Of a DNA stretch of 64,000 nucleotides, positions 28,001-41,356 are shown in pieces. Below the pieces are notes generated by a model, which worked only from the letters and a program-made list of their open reading frames with translations, was not told where the DNA came from and searched no databases. Position numbers and translations under genes: made by a program. The first letter of the stretch is position 1; each line of letters begins with the position of its first letter. The DNA is from Bugula neritina (lineage: Eukaryota > Animalia > Bryozoa), in assembly GCA_964035545.1 (NCBI GenBank), contig OZ037766.1, forward strand, positions 15,676,722 to 15,740,721, read 5' to 3'.

Positions 28001-28408
28001 CTAAAATATAAATAAAATATTAAACAATGATGACACATGGATTTTGTAGAGTATTCGAAGAAAAGTGAGACAGAATATAAAGTGCCTAGAAATAATCAGC
28101 CTATTTCTGAAAGTCTTGGCCTTCCAAACCCAGCATTCAGTGGGTCTGGCGAAAGTGGGACATCTACAACAACAAGGTCATATGCTAGTGAAAGTACTCT
28201 TAGTGCTTCTAAATTTAATAATGAGCTTGTTTATGAGGAAGGTTTGTCAGTAAGAGGTGGTCTTTGCACTGTTCCCATACCAGCCCCTAGGGCAGCGACC
28301 CCCTGTGACACACTCAGCTCTTCTGGAACCACTTATGCTGTTCTAACTTCACCTCCCAGCGTACCGCGTGATGCTGGCAAAGAAGAGGAAAAAGAAGACA
28401 TGGTGTAA
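14216..28408 (+). CDS. Tandem double Venus-flytrap single-pass membrane receptor, paralog B (complete, ~1134 aa)
   Basis: Exons: 14216-14315 (signal peptide-like MESYRALLLAITTWLLHCTPVQP), 16019-16150, 16885-17037, 19230-19387, 20359-20575, 21164-21361, 21934-22112, 22693-22865, 23003-23285, 24126-24350, 25104-25259, 25954-26127, 26297-26990, 27108-27212, 27654-27752, 28050-28408. Total 3405 nt, divisible by 3, all GT-AG. Motifs IGFKVVDTC, FGLLILDSC, QMAYGASSITLNDRKNYPYFLRTNPAD, GLYG, FLLSDTW. One TM helix at ~26924-26990 continuing into VLCY-RKK. Confidence 0.88.
15563..15671. mobile_element. Short fold-back (palindromic MITE-like) element
   Basis: Pairs about one axis: TGCAGTA 15581-15587 with TACTGCA 15647-15653, GGGGTTCTCA 15592-15601 with TGAGAACCCC 15633-15642, TTTAGAGTT 15604-15612 with AACTCTAAA 15622-15630. 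An outer imperfect pair GAGTTGGAG/CTCCAAACTC flanks these. Confidence 0.55.
24865..25036. repeat. Compound microsatellite (GCAC)n-(CA)n-(TA)n
   Basis: Seen directly, in an intron of paralog B. Confidence 0.95.
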
Positions 28409-29034
28409 ATAGTGAAAGTGTTATTGCATGTTGCCTAACGACTTTCTATGAGTGAAGCACTGTTTTTATTTATGCGTGTGGTTAATTTGACATTTTATAG
28501 TATTTTTACACTTTTTTGGATTTGATACCTACAATATTTTTATGCGGTGAATTGTAATGAATGTATAACTATTGTATTTAAATATATATAAGCTTATAAG
28601 ACTATTATATGGGCACATTATATACATACATTATATTAATAATAATCTAAATATGTAAAATCATATATTAAATCAATAAAGTTTTGAACATTGTCCACAC
28701 TAAAATTAAATTCATTGAAGAGCTGTCAGGTATACTTAAATTAAAACTACTATAGAGCTTTACTTAAGCAATTTATTATGCATTATAAAGTAATTTCATA
28801 CTGTAACTAAAACTGATCTATAACTGCTGCTATTGTGCATTGATGCATATAATATTTCCAAGCTTTCTATTATTTATTATGCAGCTACTTACGTAAAAAA
28901 CACAATAGATGATTTTTATCACATAATAAAATGCTAGCTTTTTTAATGCATTTATACTATTATAAGCAACAAGTGTGATATAAACAACATAGCTTTATCA
29001 GTATAGTTTATATTTTATAAGGCTTTTATAATTC

Positions 29035-29247
29035 ATGCAAGTTTAAAATCACTATCTTTGTGTGAACCCCTGATGGAAGAGATTTTTGTTAAAGCAGGCA
29101 AAGGACTTACTCAGATTGGGCACAGGAGCAATTATGACTGAATAGTAAATACTCTTTCTAACATCACCAATGACCTTTGTCGGGCTCAAACCCATAACTT
29201 TGTGCTTACTAGGCAAATGCTCTAACCCCTAGACCATGGCTGCTCTC
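29035..29247 (-). mobile_element. tRNA-derived SINE, copy 2
   Basis: The reverse complement begins GAGAGCAGCCATGGTCTAGGGGTTAGAGCATTTG...TATGGGTTTGAGCCC...GGTCATTGGTG, collinear with copy 1. Confidence 0.75.
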
Positions 29248-29499
29248 TTTATAAAGCTATTATAACTTGTGTCAAAATGCCTACAATGTAAACATACGTT
29301 AGCACAGTTATAGCGCCAGCATTTGCAATTTGTCTGCTTTCGAAACAAGATTTCAAAATACGGGTGTATTCATACGTATATACACTTTTTTATCTTACTG
29401 ACAATAGCAAGCTTACCTAGAAAAGCATTTAATAGCTCTTAGTTGCGCATGCTTTAGTATTGTAGTAGTTTGTGGGTTATTGAATGAAATCAGGCAGAG

Positions 29500-29815
29500 A
29501 ACATAACTCCTTGTTATAGAAGAGACGAGAGAGAGTGTTGAAATCGTGTGTGTACTGTATCTTTATTGTAGTCTTGATCCTTCCAGTCCGAGCTCCAGTC
29601 TTCAAGTGACTGAAGCTCGAAAATGGGCTTCCTTTTATACTAGCCAGACAAAGGACTTCTAGAACTTTTGACCGACAGCGGCCGAAGCTCGGTAGGGTAT
29701 GGTGACATTTGTCATGTTGGTAACCGACATTCGGTCTGCCGGCATCCGCTTGTCGAACTCGGTCCAACTGTCGGTTTACATGAATCCGCAAAAATGAACC
29801 CAACCAAGTGTATGG
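29500..29815 (+). promoter_or_regulatory. Putative promoter / non-coding first exon of the SLC45 gene
   Basis: Locally GC- and CpG-rich block in otherwise CpG-poor DNA, 4.3 kb upstream of the first coding exon. That exon begins at an acceptor (TTGCAG 34054-34059), so an upstream UTR exon must exist. The placement is inference. Confidence 0.35.
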
Positions 29816-32224
29816 GTATTGTAACTTGTAATTGGGGGAAAAGGGGTTAACTATTTACTACCTTAAAAGCTTAACAAAAGCCATAGTATATAAGGTATTA
29901 GAAAGTTACGCCACAGACTTAGCTATAACTACAGTATTTAGAAAAATAGCCATAAGTAATGTGTCAAGGGGGATAACTCTGATATTTACCACAGTATATC
30001 CTAAGGAATTATTATGTTTATCTGGAGTTGTCTTTTCATTAGAAGCAATCTTTTAGCAACTGTATTAATGCGATGATTGTTCTTAGTTGCTAATTCAGCA
30101 ACAGAATTTGTCTTGTCTACTTATTTTGCAGTTGGTAGACTTTCCAATCTCTGCTGCTTAAGACAAAAATAATTAGTGTTGATAATATTTGCAGAAGCAA
30201 TCAACAAATATATTACACTCTTCATTTGAATAAGAGGCTTCACCAGTTTTCTTATTATTTTATTCTATGTGCAAAACACTTGAAATAGTGTGCAGCGATA
30301 CTCATGAAGAAATGAATAAGCATGCAAGAATTTCATAGTTTTGAAGTGCTAAAAGCAATTAAAACCTAGAAGATGCAATTCACAGTTTGACAAAAGAAAT
30401 CCAATAATTGAATGTGTAGAAGCTCTAGTTCAGACTAACTTTTTCATTATTTATGCAATTGTATCATTATCCAAGTATTAGTAGAGGAAAAAATAATCAA
30501 TCTTAATACTTGCAAGAAGAAATTGTACTGCACATTCATTATTAATCCAAGTGCTATTTTTGAAAACTTTTCCTGTCAGCATGCTTTGATAGAGCTGCAG
30601 TTAGCTTATTACAATAGAGCAAACAGGTAAGTCTAAAAACCAATTTTAAAATTGTAGGAATTTGCATAAATTAAAATAAACTAACTTAATTAGTCGTTGA
30701 GGATATGCAAAATAATTTTAAGCTAAAGTTTTTAAAGTTTCAAAAGGTGTAGTAGTCAGCAATAAAACTGTATCATACATACTCAACAATAATTTTAAGA
30801 AAATGTTAAACATATGTACTCAAGTAAGCAGTTCTAAAAATTTATATTGTATGAAATATTAAATAACAATAAATTATTTCGCTGGCATTCCAGCCAGGTA
30901 CCGCCACTCTTGTGTCATCTTTAAACTTTGAGTCATTATCACAAGCAGTTCATAGGACTGATGGTGACTGTTCTGGGTTAAGTTCTCTGGATCATAGCTC
31001 TTCGGGCAGTTTGATGTTTAGCTATAGCCTGCCAAGTATCCTGTCTAATATCTAATATATGCTTTGAATATTTAACAGAATAAAACTAGCTAAAAGTTTT
31101 ATATATGCATCATGTACCAAATTAAGTTTTGCTAAAATATTGATATAACAAAGTATATAAGTTATGTTTCAAGAATCCACAGCAGAGTACAGTTGCTCAA
31201 AATTATTTATACATGTATATCTTACACACCATTGCATATGTTACTTATTAAACTTCTTTAGAGAATGATGGAAGATTATTCTACTGGTGAATTTATTGCT
31301 ACATGCATAGCTCATAAGATCTCATTAAAAAAGCTTTTCATCGCTGAAGTATCCTGAATATAGTATGATTTTGTTGAAGCATTTTTTGCCTTGGCTGCGC
31401 TGTGGTTTTAATTACGTACAAAAATATATGACTAAAAATTTGTTGATAACAGCAATTCAAAGGTATTGGCTTAAAGAATGCTGTAGCATCAAGAAATATT
31501 AGCTGACCAGGTGATGACCAAAGTGCAATGTTTTCAATGCGGAAGAAGTCAATAAACTTGTTAGCCATACTTAGTATACAGCAATTTACTATAACCTCAG
31601 GTGCAATAACCTGCATGCTAGTACATGGGCCAGTTTATAATTAAATTATTAAACATGCTTTGCATTGTCAGTTAAGTTGTAGATTGCACCATATAAAATA
31701 AATCAGATAATCAGATGATTGTTAAAGTAGTAATAATTGTAGGTTTCCTTGTTCTACATTTAATCTTAATTTTAACAAGTTATCTAATTAATACATGTTA
31801 TGCAAGGAGGTGAACTCTTTCCTTATATTAAACGACTTGGATACGATTAAAATATACGTCATTTTGCTGGCATAGTCATTGATAGGCAGGGTCTTTCCTT
31901 GCTTTTTGGTTTTGGCAAGTTTCCTTATTACCTAAGATAGGCAAGTTATAGGTGTTTATATAAAAGTTTACTAGAACATCTTCTTGAGTCTATAATGCCT
32001 TTCTTACAAACTAAAAATTATGCAGCCACAAAAGCAATGTGATTGCGCTCTACATGTGCATGTGATATTTATCTTGTAATTATTTGTTTATGGGCAAAAA
32101 GTCTCAAAAAGTTTGTTAATAAATCTATAAGAATAGGGTTTGACCATTTTTTTTCTATTTTGATTATTGTTATGGACAAAGGAAGAGTCGGAGCTGAGCA
32201 GTTATAGCATTGACCCTAAGGTGC

Positions 32225-32540
32225 CACACACTCACAAGCACTCACAAGCACTCACACTCACTCGCACGCACTCTCACGCACTCGCACGCACTCGCACGCA
32301 CTCACACGCACTCACACCCACTCACACCCACTCACACGCACTCGCACTCACTCGCACTCACTCGCACGCACTCGCACTCACTCGCACTCACTCACACGCA
32401 CTCACACGCACTCGCACGCACTCACACTCACTCGCACGCACTCGCACGCACTCGCACGCACTCACACGCACTCACACTCACTCGCACGCACTCGCACGCA
32501 CGCACATGCACTCACATGTACTCACATGTACTCACATGCA
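32225..32540. repeat. 10-bp minisatellite CTC(G/A)CAC(G/T/C)CA, about 30 copies
   Basis: The 10-nt period is visible directly (ctcgcacgca ctcacacgca ctcgcactca...). It is the source of the THSHAL ORFs. Confidence 0.92.
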
Positions 32541-32628
32541 CACAGGACTTTTTGCAAATATGATGTCTTTTCATAGTCTTGTACTCCACTAGCATCATTA
32601 TTGAACTGGTTCTAGTATTACTATAGAC

Positions 32629-32971
32629 CAGGGCTATCCAACAGGCGGCGCCAGAATCGGATACGGCCTCCAGCTTACATTTATGTGGCCCACAAAGGCA
32701 TAACATATTTTATAAATTTATTTTTCTCCCATTAGAGTGAAAAACACCTCTTAACTGTCTTATTTATATATACATGTTACAAAACATACAGCCTGCAGTA
32801 GCTAACTATTAGGGCTTAATTGTGTAATGATTTAACGAGAATTTGGAATAAAGTATTTTGAAAATTACTGATGTAGTGACCCCCAGCTCAAACTAAGGTT
32901 TCCAATGTGGCCCTTGTCACCAGAATATTTCCTTTTAGTGGCTCTCAGCCTGAAAAGGTTAGACACCCCTG
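32629..32971. mobile_element. Non-autonomous hAT (Charlie-like) element
   Basis: Imperfect TIRs CAGGGCTATCCAAC ... GTTAGACACCCCTG, internal GTGGCCC-type repeats, and an 8-bp TSD CTATAGAC (32621-32628) / CCATAGAC (32972-32979). Confidence 0.75.
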
Positions 32972-34145
32972 CCATAGACTATAGAGAGTATAGACTAAGA
33001 TAATGTGAAGACAATAAATTTATTGACATTATATTTTACAACTGTTTAGTCCAACAATAAGTGCAATTGCATTTAAAGATAAATTTATATTTTCTCTTCA
33101 CAATTACAACAATTAGAGAGTTACAAAACTTTATACCAAGTAATTTATTAGATTTGAATATATTATAAATATGACATAGTTTAACCATTGTGTGGGGCTT
33201 ATAAGCATTGCTTTTATACAATGTGTTTTTTCCCATACTGATAAATGAACTTCTGCTAATTTTTGAAGGTCGTTTGTCCAAAGAGTGTGTGAACCTCTAA
33301 GTAAAAGTTGACTGTACTATAATTAGTGAGTGCATGCAAGATGAACACTGTGTAATCTTGCTAGTAAAGTGTTAATGCTAAATTTAATATTTCTGAAGGT
33401 GTTCTATGACAATACATATTACAATTTATATTTCCTGTGTTACACACTTCAATACTGCAACAGGAGAGTTTTTATAAGTTATGTTTATTATGTGACCAGT
33501 TTTTTCTGTCCAGTGCAGACAGCAAAAACAGATTTTGTTTTGCTGTGCTCTTGTGATTGATTTTTCTTGAAATGATGGTACTTACTGTATTCATACCCAT
33601 AATTTATAGCTTATTGGTACTAAGTATAATTCCACTCATTTTTTTATTATTGCTCACCTTAACTTTTCAGAGAAAATTATTTTAAATCACTGTCTAGGAA
33701 AGATTTTGAGTACACTAAAAAATATACATGTTTTAGGTTGCAGTTCATATGAAACATACGATAAAAGCTGCCAACAACTGCCATATCACAAGGTCATAGA
33801 TCATAGCAATATATCAGAATATGTGGTATCCTGCGCCAATCATGCTAAAACAATTATGTATGCAACTTCATTGTCACACCAATAGTGATAGGACTATAGT
33901 CAAACTGATAAACATCTATCATTATTACAATCTCATTGGCTGTAGAACATATACTATATTTGACATGTTTTAAATGTTGTATGATAATAATTATAATTGT
34001 GGTGAGCCACATGCTATGCATTTTATTTTAATCATGTTATATATTTTATCCAATTGCAGAATGGCAGCAATTGATTGACAATCTATGTAGAGGATAATAG
34101 CTGTGCTACTGCTGCTGTATCAAAGTCGAGCCTCAGTCTCTCAGA

Positions 34146-37100
34146 ATGAAGTCTCTAGCATCACTATCTAAAAACCAACCAGATAAATGGAAAAGTATGC
34201 TCAAAAAATTATTCATCAGTGCTGCCGTTTGCGGGATAGAGTTCTGCTATGCTGCTGAAACAGTGTTTGTCACCCCTCTGCTTATGCGCCTCGGAGTTCC
34301 TGTGTATTTAACTACTATGTGCTGGACAATGAGCCCACTTTTGGGCTTTTTCTTGGTGCCCATACTGGGTAGTGCCAGTGACTCATGCACCTCTCCACTA
34401 GGTAGAAGACGTCCTTTCATAATTCTCTACTCAGTCGGCATTGTCATTGGACTGGTTCTAGTCCCGTACGGTGAGAATATTGGACAACTACTTGGTGATG
34501 AGAGGATCCCCTCAGTTAGTATCACCAACGGCTCCTTACAACTCAATGCAACCTTCGATGATGCAAATCAACATTCGGACCATCTCTCTACTGATTCACA
34601 TCCAATAGGTATGCTTTATTTTGCTTATAAGCCTATTTTTATAAAGTTATTTTACTCATTTATAATGAAAAAGTTCTTGCAGGTAAAAGCTCAGCTATAC
34701 TTCATACTTTTTAACTTCATTACATTTTTCAATTTCAAACTGAATTTTGAAGTTTTGCTGATTTATAGTTATATAAGTGTTTCAGCTGGAGGCCGTAACT
34801 TATCATGTCTATTTTTAAAATTAGTTCTTCAAAGTTATGTCATATTCTACACATTCAGATTAGCAGCATCAATGTTATACTATTGATACTACTTATAATA
34901 TTGTAACATACACTTTAAGAGAAACGCTTTCTTGGCTAAACTATCCATCATGACCTAGCTGCCACAGACACATGCATAAAACCAATGAAACTGCAAAATT
35001 AGGAAGTGTTTAATTTGAGTACATATTCTTAAAGTTAATGAATTATTTATGTTGAAACAGTATACTTTTTATTGATTGTATTTATTAACTAATGTCAGTT
35101 CTACTTGTACACAATATAATACGACTCATATGTAGAAATCAAGTTATTGTCAGGAAGATTTCCCAAGTATATTTTTCTGTGAGACAGTGAAAGAGAAGGC
35201 AGTTTCTGGGTTGTCATTACATGCAATAATTAACATTATAGATAATATTGTGTTATATTGTGCTTAGAACATCTAATATACTGTAAAAAAATGAAAATAA
35301 CCTAATAAGTATTACGATTTTGTTCAATTAAATTTATACTCCAATGTTATGTGAGTTATATAGACAAATATTTATAGTCATAAAATGCATGCTAAAAATT
35401 AAAAATCTGTATATAGTAAGTTGACAAGTGTAGGAAGAATTGCAGTATTTGTTTTCCTGTTATTCTGATATATGATTTATAGAGCATGGGATTTTGTACT
35501 TTTATAATTCACAAAATATTACCAGCTTCTGCTATAAGTTCTTAATAAAAGCAATAATTTAAAGATTGCAAAGGGAAGCCTGCTTCAAGAGACATTAATA
35601 TTGATTACATAAACTATTACATTACAAAAAACATCTTTTTTCATGTATCTTAAATATTATGTATATTCTAGAGAATTTCTTTTTTTTCAAACTTAAAAAT
35701 GTAACATTTCTCTCTGCAATAACAGCTTTGTAAAGTTATCTGGTTGCTATAATTACCCAGCCCTGTATTTTGCTTCAACAGATGATTCTGCCCAGTTTTC
35801 ATTCCTTTTAAAAAATTTTTAGATAAAGTTGATGTTAAATATCTCATTTCTTGATTTTAAATTAGAAATCCAATTATTTAACAAATATTCTTTATTTTCG
35901 CGCTTCAATAAAGCCAATGAAAATAAAGTCCTTTTATCACAAAAGTCATAACTTCAACAACTTACTATACTTGTTAAGCATCATAACTCTTTGAAATACG
36001 TTTTACAATGTCACAATAACACATTGTATTACCACTCAACATGAATTAAAATGAAATGTCAATCTATGCAGTTATCTACACAACAAAATGGATAACTATT
36101 AAACCTTGCAATGTAAATGTAAAGAGCTCACCCACCTATACTCATTATTATACTAATTGCTAAATACTTAGTTTTTTTAATTGTCAATTGTTGACTTTTT
36201 ATTTACTAAATTGTAGATTATTTAATAAAATTCAATTACGCAATCGACTCTGTTAAGAATAATATAAAACAGGCTAATGAATATGACTTTACATATTACT
36301 TGTGTTACATGGACACTTGTGTTACATGGATACGGTTTTTAAAATAATTATTTTAATTTAGTACCCAAAAAGTTCAAAAATCAGTAATACCATTGTATTT
36401 AATAAGTTTATATATTAAGTAACTTATTAGCAGTAGGCAACAATTAGACTATATTATTACTATTCTGAATTTCCCTGCTACCCGAAAAGGACAAAGCAGA
36501 AATAGGTGAGAATAGGCGAGAATAGATTTACTATTCTGAATTTTCTAATAGCTAGACTATAACTACTTTTGTTCATATCAGGTATCATACTGACAGTTAT
36601 TGGGGTAATGGTGCTTGATTTCTGCTGTGATGGGTGTCAAACCCCAGTCAGAACCCTCATGATTGACGAAACGCCAGTTGAGGAGCAAGCTAAAGGGCTA
36701 GTGACTTTCACTATTGTGGCTGGACTTGGTGGCGCAATAGGCTATGCCATTGGAGGTAATGCTTATTTTCCTGTTTTTGAAGAGAAATTTTTGGAAGTAT
36801 TTGAAAAATATAAAGATAATAAACAATTAAATGGGGCATTATTTACAAAGTATAGTATTGAGAAATGCGATAACATTTTTTTAATATTTTCCATAAAGCT
36901 GAGTTATTTCTGAATTTTTTAGTATCAATCAGTCTGCTCATAGTAGCTACTAGAGATGAGAAAATTATATAAAATCAAATTGTCAATATGTTGACAAGTT
37001 TTGTTTGTGGGTGATGACTAGGCTTGTAGCTTGTAGCACCAAACCATAAGAATGCAGGGCGCCTATTTGCTAGTCAAACCTTATCACTAAGCCGTGTGCT

Positions 37101-40100
37101 TTAACAAATTATATAATTTCCTGCTTCATACACAAGCAGTTAATAGTGTAAGTGGCATTTAAATTTCTGTGTAATGTGTTCTAATGTTTCAGGAGTGAAA
37201 TGGGCAGCCATTGTATCACTTAACGATCCAGAATTCTCAGTGCATATGGTCTTTGGGCTAGTGCTAGTCATTTACTTAATAGGCAGCATTTTGACTATCT
37301 CATTGGTTTCAGAAGAGAGATTGTTGAGCGTCCACAACACATATAAATATCAGTATGTGATATGCACTTAATTACACATTTTACCGGACAAAACTGACAA
37401 CAGTAGCTGTTTGACAAATAGTAAAATTTTATCAAATTATTTAGCTTCATCTCAGCAAAACACCTTTAATATAATAAAATTCCTGTCTGATTTAACAAAA
37501 ATTTAAAAAAACAATAACTTGTTAATTAAAATGTAAGTAAGCAAATTTTGTGAGAAGAAGTCTTTTATAATACAGTTGTATTTTATAATAGTTTATGATT
37601 CTTAAGTAAATATTAAGAATAAGACTAGCACTGTAAGTTGTGCACTTGTTTAAAGATTTACAAAAGTAATTTCAATCAAAAAGAGCTCGGAGTATTTTGC
37701 ATACAGATTTTAAATTTATTTGTCAAACCTAAATTGATGCAACAATTCCCATGTTCTATTTAACAGGAAATTGCACAACATTGAAACTGGGTCTACTTTG
37801 CAAATTCTATCAACGGCTACAACCCACCCTCAGAGCAGTATTTGGGAACCTAGCTTGTCTTCTTCAGATAAGTTGGTCAGTGCTGCAGACGTTGAGGATT
37901 CTATGTGTTCAGAAAATGTGTCATCTGCAAGCAGGTACATATGTATATACTACATCTTTAGTTTGTATTATATATTATTTTACTAGTGTGTGTATCAATT
38001 GTAGATGTTTCTATATATGCTCTGCTTATATTAAGGTTTCCTATTATAAAAGGCATTCCCAGCTTGGCACTTCTTATTATTTGCTTTTTAACTTGTGATT
38101 GTGCAAAATGCAATCAACATACTTCGAATTTACTTGTTTCTGCAATTTTATAAGTTTTATATGCATTATAATTGTGTCATACAGTATTGGTGGGAATGGT
38201 GTTTAAACTTACTAATTGGTGCTTAAAAACAGAATTCGATACTATCAAGGTGATATGTTCTGCAGTGAAAGTACAAACATGTGTCAATTTGATTCTAATG
38301 ACGTAGCAGCGGAATACTCTCTATCTATTCCAAATGATGAAATTGATATACCTGCTGACAACTTCTGTCTAAGAGATCAAGGTGAGAACAATATTAGATA
38401 CCATAAGCTATAACAGTTGTAGCAGTATTTGAGTCTATGACCTTTATTAGAAACTTTCAACACACAGGAATTACAGTGTATAGGTATTGTCCAATTACAA
38501 TGCAACTATGAAATTAATTATTTATAGTAAAATATCATGTAAATATTAAAAGGACTATTATTTGGTGCAATTTCTATTTTACACAAAAGTTTATGTAAAA
38601 CACATGCATTAGATTTTTTAAAATGGCTTATTTAAACTATTTCAATTTACTTTAAATTTAAAAATATTAAACTAATATTTACTGTGTTTCACTATTAGAG
38701 AAGCCAACCATTCTATGCTCTGATGAAACTAAAGATACAGAACTGGAGGAAGACTGTGATGTGGAGACTGAAACGCACAATGCTGTAGACATCAAAGCCT
38801 TCCTTAAATCTATCATATTTATGCCAAAGTATATATGGCTACTGTGCATCACCAATCTTTTCTGCTGGATGTCACTAACAACTTACAGTCTTTACTTCAC
38901 TGACTTTGTTGGCCAGAGAATCTATAAAGGTATACACTACATTCATAATTCAATTTTCTTCAAATCAACTGCAGCACAATTGATGCAAAATTATCAGCTA
39001 TTTAATTTTCCTATTCATGGCTTTATGTCTACATACTGAGATATAGTTTGTCAAAGTATAGTATAAACATTTTTAGCTTTATATTAACTAATAAAACCTA
39101 TTATATAGCATTAAAAAAAGAGAGTGGCCACTGAAATGTTTTATTTTAAAATGCACAATTGAACCTTACATTGTAATTAGCATTAAACCATGAACCTGAG
39201 CATTTGTACTACTATGCTCATGCAAGAGAAAATAAGGCTTTATAATAATTGAGCTAACATATTTTATGTCATTCATAACATATTATTATGAGAAATTTTA
39301 GTACAATAGAAATTAATATTTAGATGCAAAAATTATTAGATTGTATGCAAGTGCACTAAAGACAATACTTATTTTGTATTTATAGTTAACATATACGATG
39401 ATAATAACTTATTTCCCTGATATCTTCTACAATAATTATTTTAAATATGTTGTCACAGTAAAATGTGTATTTGTTTAGTTTAAATGGCACTGTCATGTCG
39501 TGCAGGTGAACCAAAGAGTCTTAGGGGGAGTGCTGCCAGAAACCTGTATGATGAGGGAGTAAGAATGGGGTCTTTGGCTATGATACTCTATTCTGTTTCA
39601 AGCACAATTTACTCCTATTTCATTCCCTCCTTGATTAACAGAATAGGTAAGTGGCTAGCAGTTTATGTTTGCAAAGATTCATTGCCAATTAGTTTTTTAT
39701 CTGTTTTATTTGCATTAAATAAAGGCTCTTACACATGTATGTAGTTATTATATAAAACAGTAAAGTTGTTTTAGAACAAAGTAAAAATAGTGTTTCAAAA
39801 TTATTTGTCAGTAAATTGATTTCTTTAAACAGTATTTTTACTCTCAGATTTATTTAAAGATTTTTATATTTTAGTAGAAAGCATTCATTTTAACAGTTTG
39901 TAAAATTTTAGTAATTTTTGCAAGTGCTCAATACCTAGCACATATTAGCCTCTCTTCAAATCAAGAGGTATAACTCCAGTATATAAGAAATGAAGTAACG
40001 TCATAATTATATGCTCATATATTGTGTCATCTTTGTCAATTGGCAGCCCGTTTTTGTTAAGCAAAATCCTTAAAAAAATTAGTTGTAAACCTATTTGTAA

Positions 40101-40971
40101 TTAAATTTTAGAATCTAAATTTAAGTCTAATTTGTTTTAAGACGATTCTTGCCCATGCAACAACAAAATTTCAGCCATTATCTAATGAGTAAGAATTCAT
40201 TGAATACCATATACAAGATCAAATGACATAATAGCAATTTAGAGTTTTCACTGTCTTCTTGCATATCGTAAACTGCATTTGGCAGTGTAGCACACTAAAG
40301 GCAAGGTTTTTCAATTACATAGAAAATTTGCTTGATTGATGAAGACCTTTTTTAGTCCTCATGAATTTTCGGCTTTATTTTCAGAAATTATGAAAAAAAA
40401 TTCTAGTGTTTCTTATGTGTGCTTTAGTAATTAAATTTGCTTTTTTAGGAACCAAAACTGTGTACGTGTGTGGCCAGTTAGTATACACAGTGGGTATGAT
40501 GAGTTTAGCTGCTACAAGTAACTTGGTAGTCTCCTTCATAGCCAGTCTGACTACTGGAGTTATGTACTCTACCCTCTTCACTATGCCTTACATCTTAGTA
40601 GCAAAGTACCATTCAGATCCCGAGGTGAGTAACATCAAAGCTGCACAGTAGAGTTACCACTTAGGTTCACATATAGTATAAAACAGATGCTGATCAGTCA
40701 CACAACTATTTAAATGCTTTTTTAAAAAAATTGTTACCAGCCAGGAGTTTAAATTCTCATAACAGAGATCAACGCTTAAAAGTGCTTGGTTGCCTTTTCT
40801 TACGTGAGTAGAATTTAGTGGAGAGTTTTGTTCTGTACATTTAAATTGTCAGTCTAATAATGTTCAAGGCTTCATTAGTTAGATTAATATATGTATTCAG
40901 TAAATTATATATTTTTTTTGTTTCAACAAATTCTTATAATCCTTGTAAATGTTTGCATATATATAATGTAC

Positions 40972-41004
<33 letters not shown>

Positions 41005-41312
41005 CGCGTGCGTGCGTGCGTGCGTTCGTGCGTTCGTGCGTATAATCGCACACTTTACACATACATACCTGTGCATATATGTTTTAGTTTTCAAGCAAGC
41101 ACATCAAGAAGGGAAGCTCTGTACAAAGAGGTGTGGGAACAGACATTGCTATTGTTAGCAGTATGGTGTTTGCTGGCCAGTTCATTCTCTCCCTGTTTGT
41201 AGGAGCAATTATTAGTGCTGTTGGTTCCACCATAGTGATTCCCATTACAGCAGCTCTGCTCAGTTTTTGTGGAGCATTATCTGCCTTAGCTGTTGAATAT
41301 GTTGATGCATAA
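34146..41312 (+). CDS. SLC45: SLC45-family proton-associated sugar transporter (MFS; SLC45A1/A2-like), ~628 aa
   Basis: Exons: 34146-34608, 36582-36755, 37193-37352, 37767-37934, 38233-38381, 38699-38929, 39506-39646, 40449-40624, 41088-41312. Total 1887 nt. Family motifs GIEFCYAAET, SD.CTSPLGRRRPFI, LDFCCD..QTP.R, LCITNLFCWMS...YSLYFTDFVG, YDEGVRMG, YSTLFTMPY.LVAKYH, RGVGTDIA.VSSMVF. The specific vertebrate paralog cannot be assigned. Confidence 0.93.
36473..36527 (+). mobile_element. 55-bp 5'-truncated retroposon insertion with 16-bp TSD
   Basis: TTACTATTCTGAATTT is duplicated at 36457-36472 and 36528-36543. The insert ends in short tandem AATAGG(T/C)GAG repeats. Confidence 0.55.
40973..41040. 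repeat. Compound microsatellite (TA)n-(TG)n-(GCGT)n
   Basis: Seen directly, in the last SLC45 intron. Confidence 0.9.
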
Positions 41313-41356
41313 TAAATGATCTTTTCACAAAGTTTAAATCTGAACCTGTCAATAAA
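41311..41356 (+). terminator. Candidate polyadenylation signals of SLC45
   Basis: AATAAA overlaps the stop codon (TAATAAA, 41310-41316), with a second AATAAA at 41351-41356. The hexamer is common in AT-rich DNA, so this is weak evidence. Confidence 0.3.

Noticed and set aside
29477-30056. ORFs of 60-108 aa in the GC-richer patch
   Set aside because: No recognisable protein features. Better explained as promoter/5' UTR sequence.
32167-32592. His/Thr/Ser-rich ORFs, and a possible CRISPR-like array
   Set aside because: A 10-bp minisatellite with no unique spacers, no cas genes and a eukaryotic context.
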